58,674 nucleotides of DNA, taken from contig CAJFUR010000009.1 in NCBI GenBank assembly GCA_904420215.1, forward strand, positions 1-58,674. Direction: 5' to 3'. A model generated the notes under the pieces. The model was not told where the DNA came from and searched no databases. It was given only the letters and a program-made list of their open reading frames with translations. Positions 27,654-38,219 of this stretch are shown one piece after another; the stretch's first letter is position 1; each line of letters starts with the position of its first letter. The translations under genes were made by a program, and so were the position numbers. The DNA comes from an uncultured Eggerthellaceae bacterium. GTDB taxonomy: Bacteria > Actinomycetota > Coriobacteriia > Coriobacteriales > Eggerthellaceae.

Positions 27654-30600
27654 TCACGGCTGCGCGGCGTGGCGGGCGGCGAGGATGGCGGCTTCGAGGG
27701 CGGGGACGTCGTCGGCCGCGAAGCGGTAGCGCACGCACTGCGGCTCGGCGAGGTTTTCCGCATCCGGCTGTTCCACGCGCACGAACACGGCCTCCACCTC
27801 GTCGTGGCCCTGCAGCAGCACCACGTAGGCGTAGCAGGCGGCCTGCAGCCGGTGCTTCTCGCGCACGCGGGCCGCGTCCTCGTCGGGCTGGCCCCCGGTC
27901 TTGTAGTCCACCACCAGCGCGCGCCCCGCACCCGTGCCGTCGGTGGCCAGAAGGTCTATCTCACCTTCGAGGTACGCCGTCTGGGAACCGTCGCGCACCG
28001 CCTGGAAGAAGGGGACCTCCGCGCGCACGTCCGCGAAGCGCGCCACGCGGGCCGCCACCGACGATGAGAACCAGCGGTCGAGCGCCGCGCGAAGGCGCGC
28101 GCGCTGTCCGGGCGCAAGCCGGCAGCTTTCGCACAGCGCCTCCACGCGCTCCGCGTCGGGCCGCGCGAGCGCGCCGCTTTCCTCCCGCATGCAGACGGCG
28201 TGCTGCGCCAGCCGGTGGAACGCCGTGCCCAGGTCGGTGGCCGCCGCGTCGGCCGAAAGGCTCGCACCAATGGCCGCCCACGCCGCGTCGTCGTCGGGCG
28301 CGGCGGCGGGCGCCCCGCCAGCGGCCGCTGCCGCAGGGGCATCGTCCGGCGCGGATGCGTCCGGCCACCCGTCGGCCGCGCCCGGCCCCTCCGGCGCATC
28401 CGCGCCGCCTGCCGCGGCAAGGGACGAATAGCTGAACACGTCCTCCCGCAGCGAAGGCAGCGGCAGGTCCCACCGAACCGCCCAGTCGTCGATGGCATAG
28501 AGGTCGATAAACGCGTCGGCGGCATCGCCGCTGTTGCCGCTGTTGCCGCTGCCGTTGCCGCCGATGGCGGCGGCAACAGGCGCATCCACGCCCCCGGACG
28601 CAAGTGTGTCCACATCGCCTGTCGCGGCAACGCCATCCACGGCGCCCCCGCCCGCGGCGGCGCCGTCCGCCGGCACGCCGCCGGCCTCGCCCGCGCCCTC
28701 CTGCGCGCCCAAGTCCACGCGCTCGAACGCGGCGGGGCGCGAGCCGCCGAAGTCGAAGGCCGCACGCCCCTCGGGGAAAGTGCCGCCCGGCCCGCACAGG
28801 GCCGACTGGACGTCGGCGGCAATGCCCTTCGCGCCCGACGGGTTGTCCTTCGACCTCTTGCCGGAAAGCGACACGACCAGCGCCTCCTTGGCCCGCGTGA
28901 GCGCCACGTACAGAAGCCGGCGCGTCTCCTGCTCCTCGGCGGCCGCCGAAAGGGCGCGCATGGCCGCGCGGCGCGCCCCCGCGCTCGGGCAGTCCTCCAC
29001 CTTGCGTGCCAGCTCCTCCTCGGAAAGCCCCTCGCAACCGAACGCCTCCCGCGCGCACTTCGCCACGAGCGAGGACTCCTTCGCGCCCGCCACCGCGTTG
29101 CCCCGGTCGAGCGACGCGTACAGGGTGCCGTTCACGCCCTCCAGCAGAAGCCGGTCGGCCCGCGCGCCGCCCTGTTCCAGTTCGGCCACCGCCACCAACG
29201 GGAACTCCAGGCCCTTGCTCGCATGCACGGTCATGATGCGCACGAAGTCGCCACCCTCGGCCGCAAGCGCGCCCGGCGCCTCCCGGGCTATGCGCACGCG
29301 CTCGGCGAACCGCGCCGCCACGCTGGCCGCGCCCGCCGCGCGGGCGCGCTCCTCGTCCTCCACCATGCGGATGGCCTTGAGCACGTTCGCGGCGCGCGCC
29401 TGGCCCTCCGCGCCCTGCGCCTCCAGCCGCGAAAACCAGCCGGAGTCCCGCACCACGCCCTCCATGACGGCGGAAACGGGCAGGCGCCCCACGCAGCGCA
29501 GCGCCTTCTCCACGATGCGCGCGGCATGCCGCAGCCGCGCGCTTGCCGCCACGCCGGCGCCGCCGGGAAGCTCCGGGGGCGCACCAACCTCCGCCGCAGG
29601 CGCAACGCCGACCTGCGCGAACGCGGGCGCCTCCGGCACCTCCCCTGCGCCCGCAGCCGTCCCCGACGTCCCCGACACCTCCGTCGCTCCCAGCGCGCCC
29701 TCCGCGCCCCCCTCGCCCGCCGCCTCCGCGAGCCCGAGGGCGAGCGCGCGGCGGCGCAGCGTGCCGGACTGCCCGTCGCGCACCGTGGAAAGCGTCAGGA
29801 AGTCGTCGGCCGAAAGTGCGAACATCTCGCTCGAGAGCACCTCGAAAAGCGCCAGCGCGTCCAGCGGGTTTTCCAGCGCCTGCGCAAGGCGCACCATGAG
29901 CTGCACCTCGGGCGCGCGGTTGAACAGCGATCCCTTCACCACCACGCACGCGAACCCCGCGCGGCGCAGCTCGTCCGCATACGTGTCCGCGCGCGCGGTG
30001 GATCCCAGAAGGAGCACCATTTCGCCGGGGGCGTGGCCCGCCGCGCGCCAGTCCGCGAACCGCCGCGCGATGCCCCGGGCGGCCACGCGGCACGCCTCGT
30101 CGGCAGGCACGCCGCGCTGCGGGCGCGTGACCAGCTGCACGTCGATGCGCGCGCCTTCCCCTTTGAAGGGGTGCGCCACGCGCGCCTCGTCGCGCGCGGC
30201 GGAAAGCGACATGAACGAGCTGCCGAACGCCTGCGGCTGTTCGAAGACGCGGTCCACGAAGGCCAGCACGTCGGCATGGCTGCGGAAGTTGTCCGGAAGC
30301 AGGATGACCCCCTCGGGGTTCGCGCGGCGCACCTCGTCCACGTGGCGGTGGTAGACCGACACGTCCGCGCCACGGAAGCGGTAGATGCTCTGCTGCGCGT
30401 CGCCCACCGTGCACAAACGCTCGCAGGCGCTGCCCGCCATGCGCTTGATCATGTCCACCTGAAGCTGGTCGGTGTCTTGGAACTCGTCCACCATCACCAG
30501 CTGGAAGCGTTCGGCGTACTCCGCCGCCAAGGCGGGATGGCGCTCGAAGGCGCGCGCCGTCTCCACCAGCAAATCGTCGTTGTCAAGGCCGCCCGCCTGC

Positions 30601-31547
30601 CGCTTGCGTCGGCGGTAGGCGGCAAGCACCTGCCCGGCGAGGGCGCACACGTCGCGCAGAAGCGCCACGGCGCCGCCGAAGCGCGCCTCGGCCGCCACTT
30701 CCCCGTACTCGCGCGCCACCTCCTGCGCGTAGGCCTTGAACTCCGGCGTGCCGAAGCCCCGCCCGGGCACGGGAAAGCGCCCCAGAAGTCCCAAGGCGTC
30801 CACTTCGCCCAAGGCCACCGCGCCGGACGCCTGCGCCTGCGCGCACGCCTCGAGCGCGGCGGCCGTGCCCGCCAGAAGCTCGTCGCGCCGCTTGCCGGGC
30901 TTCTGCCCGCCCGCCGCTTCCATCAGGCCCTCGGCCGCCTCCACCATGCGCCGCACCAGCGCCTCGGGCGCCACCGCGCGCGGCAGCTCCACCGCGTCCA
31001 TCCCGCGCACGTTCGCCGACGCCTTGCACGCCAGCGCGCGCACCATGTCGTCCACCGACCCGCCCCCGCGCGGGCCGTGCGAGCGGGCGGGGTATTCGGC
31101 GAACAGGGCGTCCAGCCCCGCAGGCACCACCACGTCGCCCACGCCCGCAAGCACTTCGTCCACGGCGGCGTCCAGAAGCGGGGCCGCCTCCGCCTCGCCC
31201 AAGACGCAAAACGCCGGGTCGATGCCCACTTCCAGCGCATGGGCGCGCAGGATGCGGGCGCACATGCCGTGGATGGTGGAAATCCACGCCGAGTCCACCT
31301 TGAGGGCCTGCTCCACCATGCCCTCGGCGCGCAGCGCCCCCTTGATGCGCGACTTCAGCTCGGCGGCGGCCTTGGAGGTGAACGTGATGGCCAGCACGCG
31401 GCCGATGTCCTCCACCGCGCCGCTCGAGAGCGCGTGCACGATGCGGCGCGTGAGCGTGAACGTCTTGCCGCTGCCCGCGCCCGCCGAAACCGCCAGCGAC
31501 GCGTCGAGCGTATGGATGCACTTGACCTGCCCCGGCTTGAGCGTCAT
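27654..31547 (-). CDS. addA: AddA/RecB-like SF1 helicase-nuclease
   Basis: AGAGSGKT, ITFTSKAAAEL, STIHG, VDEFQDTD, VGDAQQSIYRFRGA, NFRS, MTVHASKGLEF, LLYVALTRAK; nuclease GEIDLL...VDYKTG. Confidence 0.9.
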   Translation of the reverse strand: MTLKPGQVKCIHTLDASLAVSAGAGSGKTFTLTRRIVHALSSGAVEDIGRVLAITFTSKAAAELKSRIKGALRAEGMVEQALKVDSAWISTIHGMCARILRAHALEVGIDPAFCVLGEAEAAPLLDAAVDEVLAGVGDVVVPAGLDALFAEYPARSHGPRGGGSVDDMVRALACKASANVRGMDAVELPRAVAPEALVRRMVEAAEGLMEAAGGQKPGKRRDELLAGTAAALEACAQAQASGAVALGEVDALGLLGRFPVPGRGFGTPEFKAYAQEVAREYGEVAAEARFGGAVALLRDVCALAGQVLAAYRRRKRQAGGLDNDDLLVETARAFERHPALAAEYAERFQLVMVDEFQDTDQLQVDMIKRMAGSACERLCTVGDAQQSIYRFRGADVSVYHRHVDEVRRANPEGVILLPDNFRSHADVLAFVDRVFEQPQAFGSSFMSLSAARDEARVAHPFKGEGARIDVQLVTRPQRGVPADEACRVAARGIARRFADWRAAGHAPGEMVLLLGSTARADTYADELRRAGFACVVVKGSLFNRAPEVQLMVRLAQALENPLDALALFEVLSSEMFALSADDFLTLSTVRDGQSGTLRRRALALGLAEAAGEGGAEGALGATEVSGTSGTAAGAGEVPEAPAFAQVGVAPAAEVGAPPELPGGAGVAASARLRHAARIVEKALRCVGRLPVSAVMEGVVRDSGWFSRLEAQGAEGQARAANVLKAIRMVEDEERARAAGAASVAARFAERVRIAREAPGALAAEGGDFVRIMTVHASKGLEFPLVAVAELEQGGARADRLLLEGVNGTLYASLDRGNAVAGAKESSLVAKCAREAFGCEGLSEEELARKVEDCPSAGARRAAMRALSAAAEEQETRRLLYVALTRAKEALVVSLSGKRSKDNPSGAKGIAADVQSALCGPGGTFPEGRAAFDFGGSRPAAFERVDLGAQEGAGEAGGVPADGAAAGGGAVDGVAATGDVDTLASGGVDAPVAAAIGGNGSGNSGNSGDAADAFIDLYAIDDWAVRWDLPLPSLREDVFSYSSLAAAGGADAPEGPGAADGWPDASAPDDAPAAAAAGGAPAAAPDDDAAWAAIGASLSADAAATDLGTAFHRLAQHAVCMREESGALARPDAERVEALCESCRLAPGQRARLRAALDRWFSSSVAARVARFADVRAEVPFFQAVRDGSQTAYLEGEIDLLATDGTGAGRALVVDYKTGGQPDEDAARVREKHRLQAACYAYVVLLQGHDEVEAVFVRVEQPDAENLAEPQCVRYRFAADDVPALEAAILAARHAAQP

Positions 31548-34519
31548 CGGCCCTCCCTCCACGCGCAGGACGAAACCGGGCACCACGTGCAGGACGAAGG
31601 CCCCGCGGGCGCCGGGTTCACCTCGCCGGACAGAAGCGCGCGCACCGCCTGCGCCGCGCGGCGTTCCGTGGCGTCCAGAAGGCTCGCGAACGAGCCTTCG
31701 CCTTCCGGCAGGCAGGCGCAGCGCGCGTGGCGCATGTTCGGCAGGTGCGGCGTTTCCAGCACGCGCGCGTCGTAGGCGCCCGCCAGGCGCGGCTCGCGCC
31801 CGTAGCACACGTACAGCGCGCCCACCACGTCGAGCCCCAGCAGGCGGCGCACCACCTGCGCGTACACGAGCGTCTGCACCTTCGCGGGCACGCAGGGCGC
31901 GCCCCCGGCGCCCCCGGCGCCCGCATCCGCCGCACCCCCGGCGCCCTCCGGGCCGCCCGCGCCCGCCGCCTGCGCCGCGCCGCCGGCAAACTCGTAGTCT
32001 GCCGAAAGCGAGCCTTTGTAGTCGATGACCACCGCGTGCCCCGCGTCGTCCACGTCGATGCGGTCCACCTTGCCCACCAGCCGCACGCCGGCGTATTCCA
32101 CGCGCTCGCGCACGCCCACCTCGTACTCCAGGTGCGCGGGACGGAAGCCCGGCAGCAGCTGCGCCTCGAAGTCCAGATAGCCCATCAGGCGCGCCTCAAG
32201 GGCGTCCATCTCGCGCGCCTCCAGCTCGCCTATGGGCACCAGACGGTTGTCGGCGGGCTTGAGCGAGGGCTGCAGGGCCCGCTGTGCGGCAAGCACCTCC
32301 CCCATGACGGCGCGCGCCTCCCCCAGCGTCTGCGGCCCCACCTTGCGCGCCCCGGTGCGCTCCCAGAACGCGCGGTAGAAGCCCTCGAGGGCGTGGTGGG
32401 CGAAATCGCCCATCTGCAGCGGCCCGAACTCCTCGTCGAGCGGCTGCACGCGCAGGCGGCGCTGCACGAACCACAGGTAGGGGCATGCCAGGTAGCTTTC
32501 TATCTGCGAGGCCGAAAGGCACGTCTCGCCGCCTTCCCTCCCCCCGCGCGGCAGCACCACCAGCCCCCGGCGTTCGGGCCGCACCTCCCCCGGCGCGGGG
32601 CGCGGGACGCGGGCCTCCACGGGGCGCGGGGCGCGCGAGGCGGCAAGGTTCTCGCCCAGGCACTCCTCGCCGCGCTCGACCAGCCCCTCCCGCAGAACGG
32701 GCGGAAGCGCGTAGGGGTTGTCGATGTCGTCGGTGGCCGCGGGGTCGTCGCGGTAGCAGTCCACCAGCTCCTCCACCACCATGGCGGGATAGGTGGGCTC
32801 GGCCGCGGCGTCGAACAGGCACCGCTCCACCACCAGCTGCCGCGCCGGCACGGCCTCGAGCGCCGCGAACGTGCGCCGCGCGCGGGCAAGGGCGTCGTCG
32901 GCGGGGTGCAGGCCCAGCTTGGCGAAAAGCGCGTCGCCCGCGTCCTCGCGGTCGGCCACGGGCCAGCTCGCGCTCGTCATGTCGCAGAGCACGAGCGCGT
33001 CGCACGAGCGCGCGGGCAGCGCGGCGGCGCGTTCGCGGTCGCACACGAGCACGCCTTCGGAAACCCCCGCCGCCCCACGCGGCGCGCCCGCGCCCAAAGG
33101 CCCCGTGCGCGAAACGTCCACCGAGGCCGCCTCCAGCGCCGCCATGCAGGCGCCGGCGCCCAGGCCCAAGCGGCAAGCGGCCGAAAACGCCTCGCGCGCG
33201 CACCCGAGCGCGCCCAGCTGCTCGCGGCGGTACGCCTCGGACACGCCGGGCAGCGCGCGGACGGCGTCCTCCAGCGCGCCGGCCACCACCACCGCCTCGG
33301 GGTCGCAAGCCAAATCCTCCAGATACGAGAACGTCCCGCCCGCCGCGCGCAGCGCCGCGCACTCCTGCCGGACGTCGGCCAACCGGTCGCCGCGCAGGCG
33401 CGCGTCGATGCGCCGCACCTGCGCGGCGGGAAGCCCCAGAAGCGGAGAATAGAGCGCGTCCACCAAGTCCTCGCGGGAAGGCGCCCCGTCCGCCGCAAGC
33501 CGGTGCAGCGCGAACAGGACGCGTCCGAAGTCGGTGTCGGGAAACCGCACGCGCGTGCGCAGGGAGCACGCCACGCCCTCGCGCTCGAGCGCCGGGGCAA
33601 GAGCCTCGTAGGTTCCCGCCGCATCGGCGCAGGCGAGCACCGTGCGCGCGCACCCGTCTTCGCGCAGCGAGCGTGCCAAGTCCGTCAGAAGGAGCGGACG
33701 CGCATAGCGCCCTGCGGGAAAGGCGAAGCGCACCCGCACGCCCTCCGGCGGGCGCCCGATGCCGCCGGCCCCCGGCGCCTCGCGCCACGCAAGACGCAGC
33801 TGGGGGCAGGCCTCGAAGAACCGCCGCTGCTGCAGGGTGGGCGGGGGGAACCCCTCGGCGAGCACCCGCACCTCCCGCCCGCGCGAAAGCGCCCCGGCAA
33901 GCAGCGGCAGCGCCGCGCCCTGCTCCACCAGCCCCAGGCCATCCAGCACGTCGAAGTACGCCGCCACGCCCGCAAGCAGGGCCTCCTCCGCCGGCGCGAG
34001 CGCCCCCGGCGCCGCGCCGGCGCGCCCTTCGCGCGCGGCGGCCACGGCCTCGTCGAACTCCCGCAGGCCCGCGCCCTCGCGGGCGCAGCGCGCGGCCAGC
34101 GCCACCGTGCCGGCGGGCACGCCGCCATGCGCGGGGCCGCCCGGGGGCGCGCCTTCCGCCGGGGCCGCGTTGCCGCACTCCCAAGCCCCGCCGGCGCACC
34201 CCGGGGCTTCCGCACCCGCGAAGGCGGCGGCAAGGCCCTCCCGCTCGAACGCCGCCGCCATGGCCAGCTGCCGCTCCATGGGGGAAACGAGGACGCGGCC
34301 GTCGCCGTGCAGCTCCCACAGGTCGGCCACCCACGCATCGAAGGTGGACACCGCCACGCCGAAAAGCGGGTCGCCCTTGCAGGACGGGGCAGGCGCGGAC
34401 TCGCCGGGGGACGCGGGCGCGGCCACACCGCCGTGCGCGGCGCGCTTGCGGAATTCCAGAACCTGCCCCTGCGTCGGCAGCAGGATCACGTCGTGCATGT
34501 TCGCTTCGTTTTCTCCCAT
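31544..34519 (-). CDS. addB: AddB-like PD-(D/E)XK nuclease subunit with Fe-S staple cysteines
   Basis: LSASQIESYLACPY, GKVDRID...VIDYKG and C-terminal CTWCPVSSC; ATGA-coupled to addA. Start 34519 or 34498. Confidence 0.85.
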   Translation of the reverse strand: MGENEANMHDVILLPTQGQVLEFRKRAAHGGVAAPASPGESAPAPSCKGDPLFGVAVSTFDAWVADLWELHGDGRVLVSPMERQLAMAAAFEREGLAAAFAGAEAPGCAGGAWECGNAAPAEGAPPGGPAHGGVPAGTVALAARCAREGAGLREFDEAVAAAREGRAGAAPGALAPAEEALLAGVAAYFDVLDGLGLVEQGAALPLLAGALSRGREVRVLAEGFPPPTLQQRRFFEACPQLRLAWREAPGAGGIGRPPEGVRVRFAFPAGRYARPLLLTDLARSLREDGCARTVLACADAAGTYEALAPALEREGVACSLRTRVRFPDTDFGRVLFALHRLAADGAPSREDLVDALYSPLLGLPAAQVRRIDARLRGDRLADVRQECAALRAAGGTFSYLEDLACDPEAVVVAGALEDAVRALPGVSEAYRREQLGALGCAREAFSAACRLGLGAGACMAALEAASVDVSRTGPLGAGAPRGAAGVSEGVLVCDRERAAALPARSCDALVLCDMTSASWPVADREDAGDALFAKLGLHPADDALARARRTFAALEAVPARQLVVERCLFDAAAEPTYPAMVVEELVDCYRDDPAATDDIDNPYALPPVLREGLVERGEECLGENLAASRAPRPVEARVPRPAPGEVRPERRGLVVLPRGGREGGETCLSASQIESYLACPYLWFVQRRLRVQPLDEEFGPLQMGDFAHHALEGFYRAFWERTGARKVGPQTLGEARAVMGEVLAAQRALQPSLKPADNRLVPIGELEAREMDALEARLMGYLDFEAQLLPGFRPAHLEYEVGVRERVEYAGVRLVGKVDRIDVDDAGHAVVIDYKGSLSADYEFAGGAAQAAGAGGPEGAGGAADAGAGGAGGAPCVPAKVQTLVYAQVVRRLLGLDVVGALYVCYGREPRLAGAYDARVLETPHLPNMRHARCACLPEGEGSFASLLDATERRAAQAVRALLSGEVNPAPAGPSSCTWCPVSSCAWREGR

Positions 34520-34694
34520 GGGGACATTATAGGCCACCGCGCCGCAATGCGCCGCGCGGGCGTGCCCCGCAACGCAGCGGAAACGCCGCAGCCTCCGCCG
34601 CCGGCGGGCATGTCGCAGGGCGCGGGGCCACGGGCGGCGCGGGGTGCGCCGCGGCGCCCTCTCCCAACGTCCTCCGACGCGCCTCCCCCACGCG

Positions 34695-36245
34695 CTACCG
34701 GCTGCGGCGGCGCTTGGCGAGCGCGGCGCGGTGCGCCCGGCCGGGACGCACGTCGGCGCCGGGATGCGCCGGGGCGCCGCCTTGGGGCGCCTTCGCCCCG
34801 CGCGCGCCGCCCTTCTTGCGCGGCGGCCGAGAAGCGCCACCCTGCGGGGACGCCTTCTTGCGCTGCGCCGCGCTGCCGCGAGCGGCTTTCGCGCCCGCGC
34901 CAGCCGCGCCGCCCTTGCCCCGCGCGCCGGCGGCCGCGGCCTTGTCCTGCGCAGCCTGCGCGCCGCCGCGCCCCTCGCGCGCGGCGTCCTGCGCCTCTTC
35001 CCGCGCCTTCGCGCGGCGGCGCTCCTTGCGCGCCAGCTCGCGCGCGGCCTGCGCCAGCTCGGGGTCCCTGCGCGCGTTCGCGCGCGTGGCGCGCGCGGCA
35101 GCCGCGGCGGCGGCTTCCTCCGCGTCGAAACCGGGCACCTCCATCTCGGGTATGCTCCGCTTGACGAACTTCTCTATGTCGCGCAGCGCGCCTTCCGTCT
35201 CGGGGCTCACGAACGAGATGGCGCACCCGCTCGCGCCCGCGCGCCCGGTGCGCCCGATGCGGTGCACGTAGTCTTCCGGCTGCGTGGGCAAGTCGTAGTT
35301 GACCACGTAGCTCACTTCCTCCACGTCTATGCCGCGCGCCAGCACGTCGGTGGCCACCAGCACGTCGGTCGTGCCCGCCGCGAAGTTGTCCAGCGCGCGG
35401 CGGCGCTGGTTCTGGCTGCGGTCGGAATGGATGGCCTCGGCCGTGAAGCCGGCGCGCTTGAGGCGGCGGCAGGCGGCGTCGGCGCGGCTGCGCGTGCGGG
35501 CGAACACCATGACGCGCTGCGACCCGCGCTCCTGCAGCACGGCGCGCAGAAGGTCGGGCTTGAGCGCATGGGGCACCCGCACGATGTACTGCTCCACCGT
35601 GTCGGCCGTCTCGCCCTTGTGGGCGATCTCCACGACGGCGGGGTCGCGCAGAAGCGTGCCGACGCTCTCCTTCACGGAGCGGTCAATGGTCGCCGAGAAC
35701 AGGAGCGTCTGGCGCGTCTGGGGGGTGGCGGCCACGATCTTCTTCACGGACGGCCAGAAGCCCATGTCCAGCATGCGGTCGGCCTCGTCCAGCACCAGCA
35801 CGCCCACGTCGCCCAGGCGCACGGCGCGCTGCTCCATGAGGTCTATCAGCCGCCCCGGCGTGGCAATGAGCACGTCCACGCCGCTTTTCAGGCGCTTGAT
35901 CTGGGGTTCGTAGGAAAGCCCGCCCACCACCGTGAGAATGCGGTGGCGGGTGGAGGCGGCAATGGCGCCGCACACCTCGCCGATCTGCTGGGCCAACTCG
36001 CGCGTGGGCGTGACCACCAGCATGAGCGGCCCCTGCTTGCCCTTCGCGTGCCCGAGGCCGTCCATGGCAGGCAGCGAGAACGCCGCGGTCTTGCCCGTGC
36101 CGGTCTTGGCGGCGGCAATGAGGTCGCGGCCCGCAAGCACCAGGGGAATGGCCTGCTTTTGCACCGGCGTGGGGCATTCGTAGCCCAACCGCGCGACGGC
36201 GGCAAGCGCCTGCTCGGACAGGCCGAGTTCGTTGAAAGTGTTCAT
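34695..36245 (-). CDS. DEAD-box RNA helicase
   Basis: Q motif PTPVQ, AKTGTGKT, PTRELA, TPGRL, DEAD, SAT, ARGID and HRIGRTGRAG; basic C-terminal tail. Confidence 0.97.
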   Translation of the reverse strand: MNTFNELGLSEQALAAVARLGYECPTPVQKQAIPLVLAGRDLIAAAKTGTGKTAAFSLPAMDGLGHAKGKQGPLMLVVTPTRELAQQIGEVCGAIAASTRHRILTVVGGLSYEPQIKRLKSGVDVLIATPGRLIDLMEQRAVRLGDVGVLVLDEADRMLDMGFWPSVKKIVAATPQTRQTLLFSATIDRSVKESVGTLLRDPAVVEIAHKGETADTVEQYIVRVPHALKPDLLRAVLQERGSQRVMVFARTRSRADAACRRLKRAGFTAEAIHSDRSQNQRRRALDNFAAGTTDVLVATDVLARGIDVEEVSYVVNYDLPTQPEDYVHRIGRTGRAGASGCAISFVSPETEGALRDIEKFVKRSIPEMEVPGFDAEEAAAAAAARATRANARRDPELAQAARELARKERRRAKAREEAQDAAREGRGGAQAAQDKAAAAGARGKGGAAGAGAKAARGSAAQRKKASPQGGASRPPRKKGGARGAKAPQGGAPAHPGADVRPGRAHRAALAKRRRSR

Positions 36246-36296
36246 AGGTGTGACGTGATTCCTTTCGAAAGGGTTGCGCGCCGGCCCGCGGGGGCG

Positions 36297-37829
36297 TCAG
36301 CGCGTGTGGGCGGGCTTGCGCCCCCAATAGAACTGCATGAACCGCCGGCGCCGGGCCGGCCGGCCGTCCGCCCCCGCGCGCGCAAGCTCCAAGGCGGCGC
36401 GCGCGATGTCGAGCGAGGCGTCGGGGCGGCGCAGGAACGCCCCGTTCACGAGCATGGCCTCGGCGCTCGCCGGGTTGCGATCGATGTGGCGCAGCGCGTC
36501 AAGCAACTCGCGCCACGTGGTCACGTGCATGGCCGCCCCCGTGGACGTCAGCATGGTCACGTTGGCCTTCTCCTGCCCGTAGGCCTTCCCCAGAAGGACC
36601 ATGGGCACCTGCGCGCACAGGCATTCCGTCACGGTCAGGCCGCCCGACTTGCAGATGACCAGGTCGCTTGCGGCCATGAGTGCCGCCATGTCCTCCACGT
36701 AGCCCAGCACCGTGACGTTTCCCAGCCCCAGATCCGCGCATTCCCGGCGCAGGTGGCGCGCGTATTCGTCGTCGCTTCCCGCCACGAACACCACGTGCAT
36801 GCCCTCAAGGGAGTGCAAGTACGGCAGCAGGCGGTCGAGCGCCTCGCGGAAGTGCACGTAGGGGCGCGGCAGGTAGGCGCCCGCCAGCGCCAGCACGACG
36901 CGCTTGTCCTGCGGAAGCCCGCGCGCCTCCCGCACGGCGCGCTTGTCGTGCGTCTCGCGGAACGCCGGGCGCGTGGGGATGCCGGTGATGCGGATGCGGT
37001 CCTCGGGCACCTTGCGCGGACGCAGCGTCTCGGCCATCGACTCGGTCGCCACGCAGAACAGGTCGGTCTGCAGGTGGGGCCACAGCCCCTCCGTCTCGTA
37101 GTCGGTGGGCACGCACACGATGGGGAAGTCGTCGCCGGTGAGCATCCGCGCGCCCACGGCCACGTTCGCGGCCGTGATGTGCGTGCACACCACGGCCAAA
37201 GGGCGCACGGTGCGCACGTACTCCGTGAAGGCGGGGAACATCACGCGCGACCACACGGTGCCGCCGCCCCACAGAAGACGCCCCGTGAAGGTGTAGCGCC
37301 ACGTGAGGTCGTAGATGGGACGCGTGGCGCCCGTGAACATGGACGCCGTCTTGTCGCCGTCGAACCTGATGCGCCCGAAGTCCAGGATGTCGAGCACCTC
37401 CACGTCCAGGTCGGCGGGCACCTCCACGCCGGCGCGCAAGGACGCGTCGGACGTGTCGCGCAGCAGCTCGAGTGCCTGGGACACGGCGTTCGCGGCGCTG
37501 CGGTGCCCCGACCCCACCGAGGCGTGCACCACCACGACGGTGGTGCGGGGGGCTTCGGCGGGGGCCGCCCCGGAACCGCCGGCCGCCCCGTCGGGCGCGG
37601 CCAAGGCGGCGGCAACTGCAGACGGGACGCCGGACGCGGCCAAGGCGGCCCCGTCGGCGGGCGCCGGGACGAGGGGCGCAGGCGGGGCCGCGGCACCCCC
37701 CGCCGTTCCCGCGGCGCCCGCAAGCGCGTCCCCGTCCGCAGCGGGGACGGCGGCAGCGCCCCCTGCCGCAACGACAGGGGCAAAAGGCGTGTGGGATTGG
37801 CGCGGCGCGGCCGCTTCGTCTCGGATCAT
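36297..37829 (-). CDS. MGDG synthase/UgtP-like GT28 glycosyltransferase
   Basis: SVGSGHRSAA, VVCTH, VPTDY, ITGIP, KSGGLTVTEC and GQEKANV; Ala/Pro-rich N-terminus. Confidence 0.88.
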   Translation of the reverse strand: MIRDEAAAPRQSHTPFAPVVAAGGAAAVPAADGDALAGAAGTAGGAAAPPAPLVPAPADGAALAASGVPSAVAAALAAPDGAAGGSGAAPAEAPRTTVVVVHASVGSGHRSAANAVSQALELLRDTSDASLRAGVEVPADLDVEVLDILDFGRIRFDGDKTASMFTGATRPIYDLTWRYTFTGRLLWGGGTVWSRVMFPAFTEYVRTVRPLAVVCTHITAANVAVGARMLTGDDFPIVCVPTDYETEGLWPHLQTDLFCVATESMAETLRPRKVPEDRIRITGIPTRPAFRETHDKRAVREARGLPQDKRVVLALAGAYLPRPYVHFREALDRLLPYLHSLEGMHVVFVAGSDDEYARHLRRECADLGLGNVTVLGYVEDMAALMAASDLVICKSGGLTVTECLCAQVPMVLLGKAYGQEKANVTMLTSTGAAMHVTTWRELLDALRHIDRNPASAEAMLVNGAFLRRPDASLDIARAALELARAGADGRPARRRRFMQFYWGRKPAHTR

Positions 37830-38219
37830 GTCCTTCATCTTAGCGCATCCGATCCCCCTTTCGCCCCCTCGCGTCCCCGTTGCCGGAAAATCGCCGCAAA
37901 TGAGCGCGGCGCGCGGCGGCATGGCGGATGGCGGCGCGATGGACAGCGGCGCGGCGGGCGGCAGTGCGGCGGGCGCCCCCCTGCGGCACAGGCGCCCTTC
38001 GTCTCCGCGGCGGCAAATGCGCCTTTCCCCGAAAAGGCAGCGAAAACGCGCGGCGGGAAGCCCGCCGATGCGTCATACTTGCTTCGAAATCAAAACGGCG
38101 TGCCAGACGGGCGCGCACGGGCGACGACCTCGACCCCATTGCACGGGCAACTTCGAATTGGCCTCCTTGAGAGCAGGGCGTCTCAACCAAAGCAGGGCGT
38201 CTCGACCAAGGAGAAAAGC

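Noticed and set aside
27961-35271. Several 700-1200 aa ORFs overlapping addAB
   Set aside because: Antisense or off-frame artefacts; the motif-bearing frames are addA and addB.
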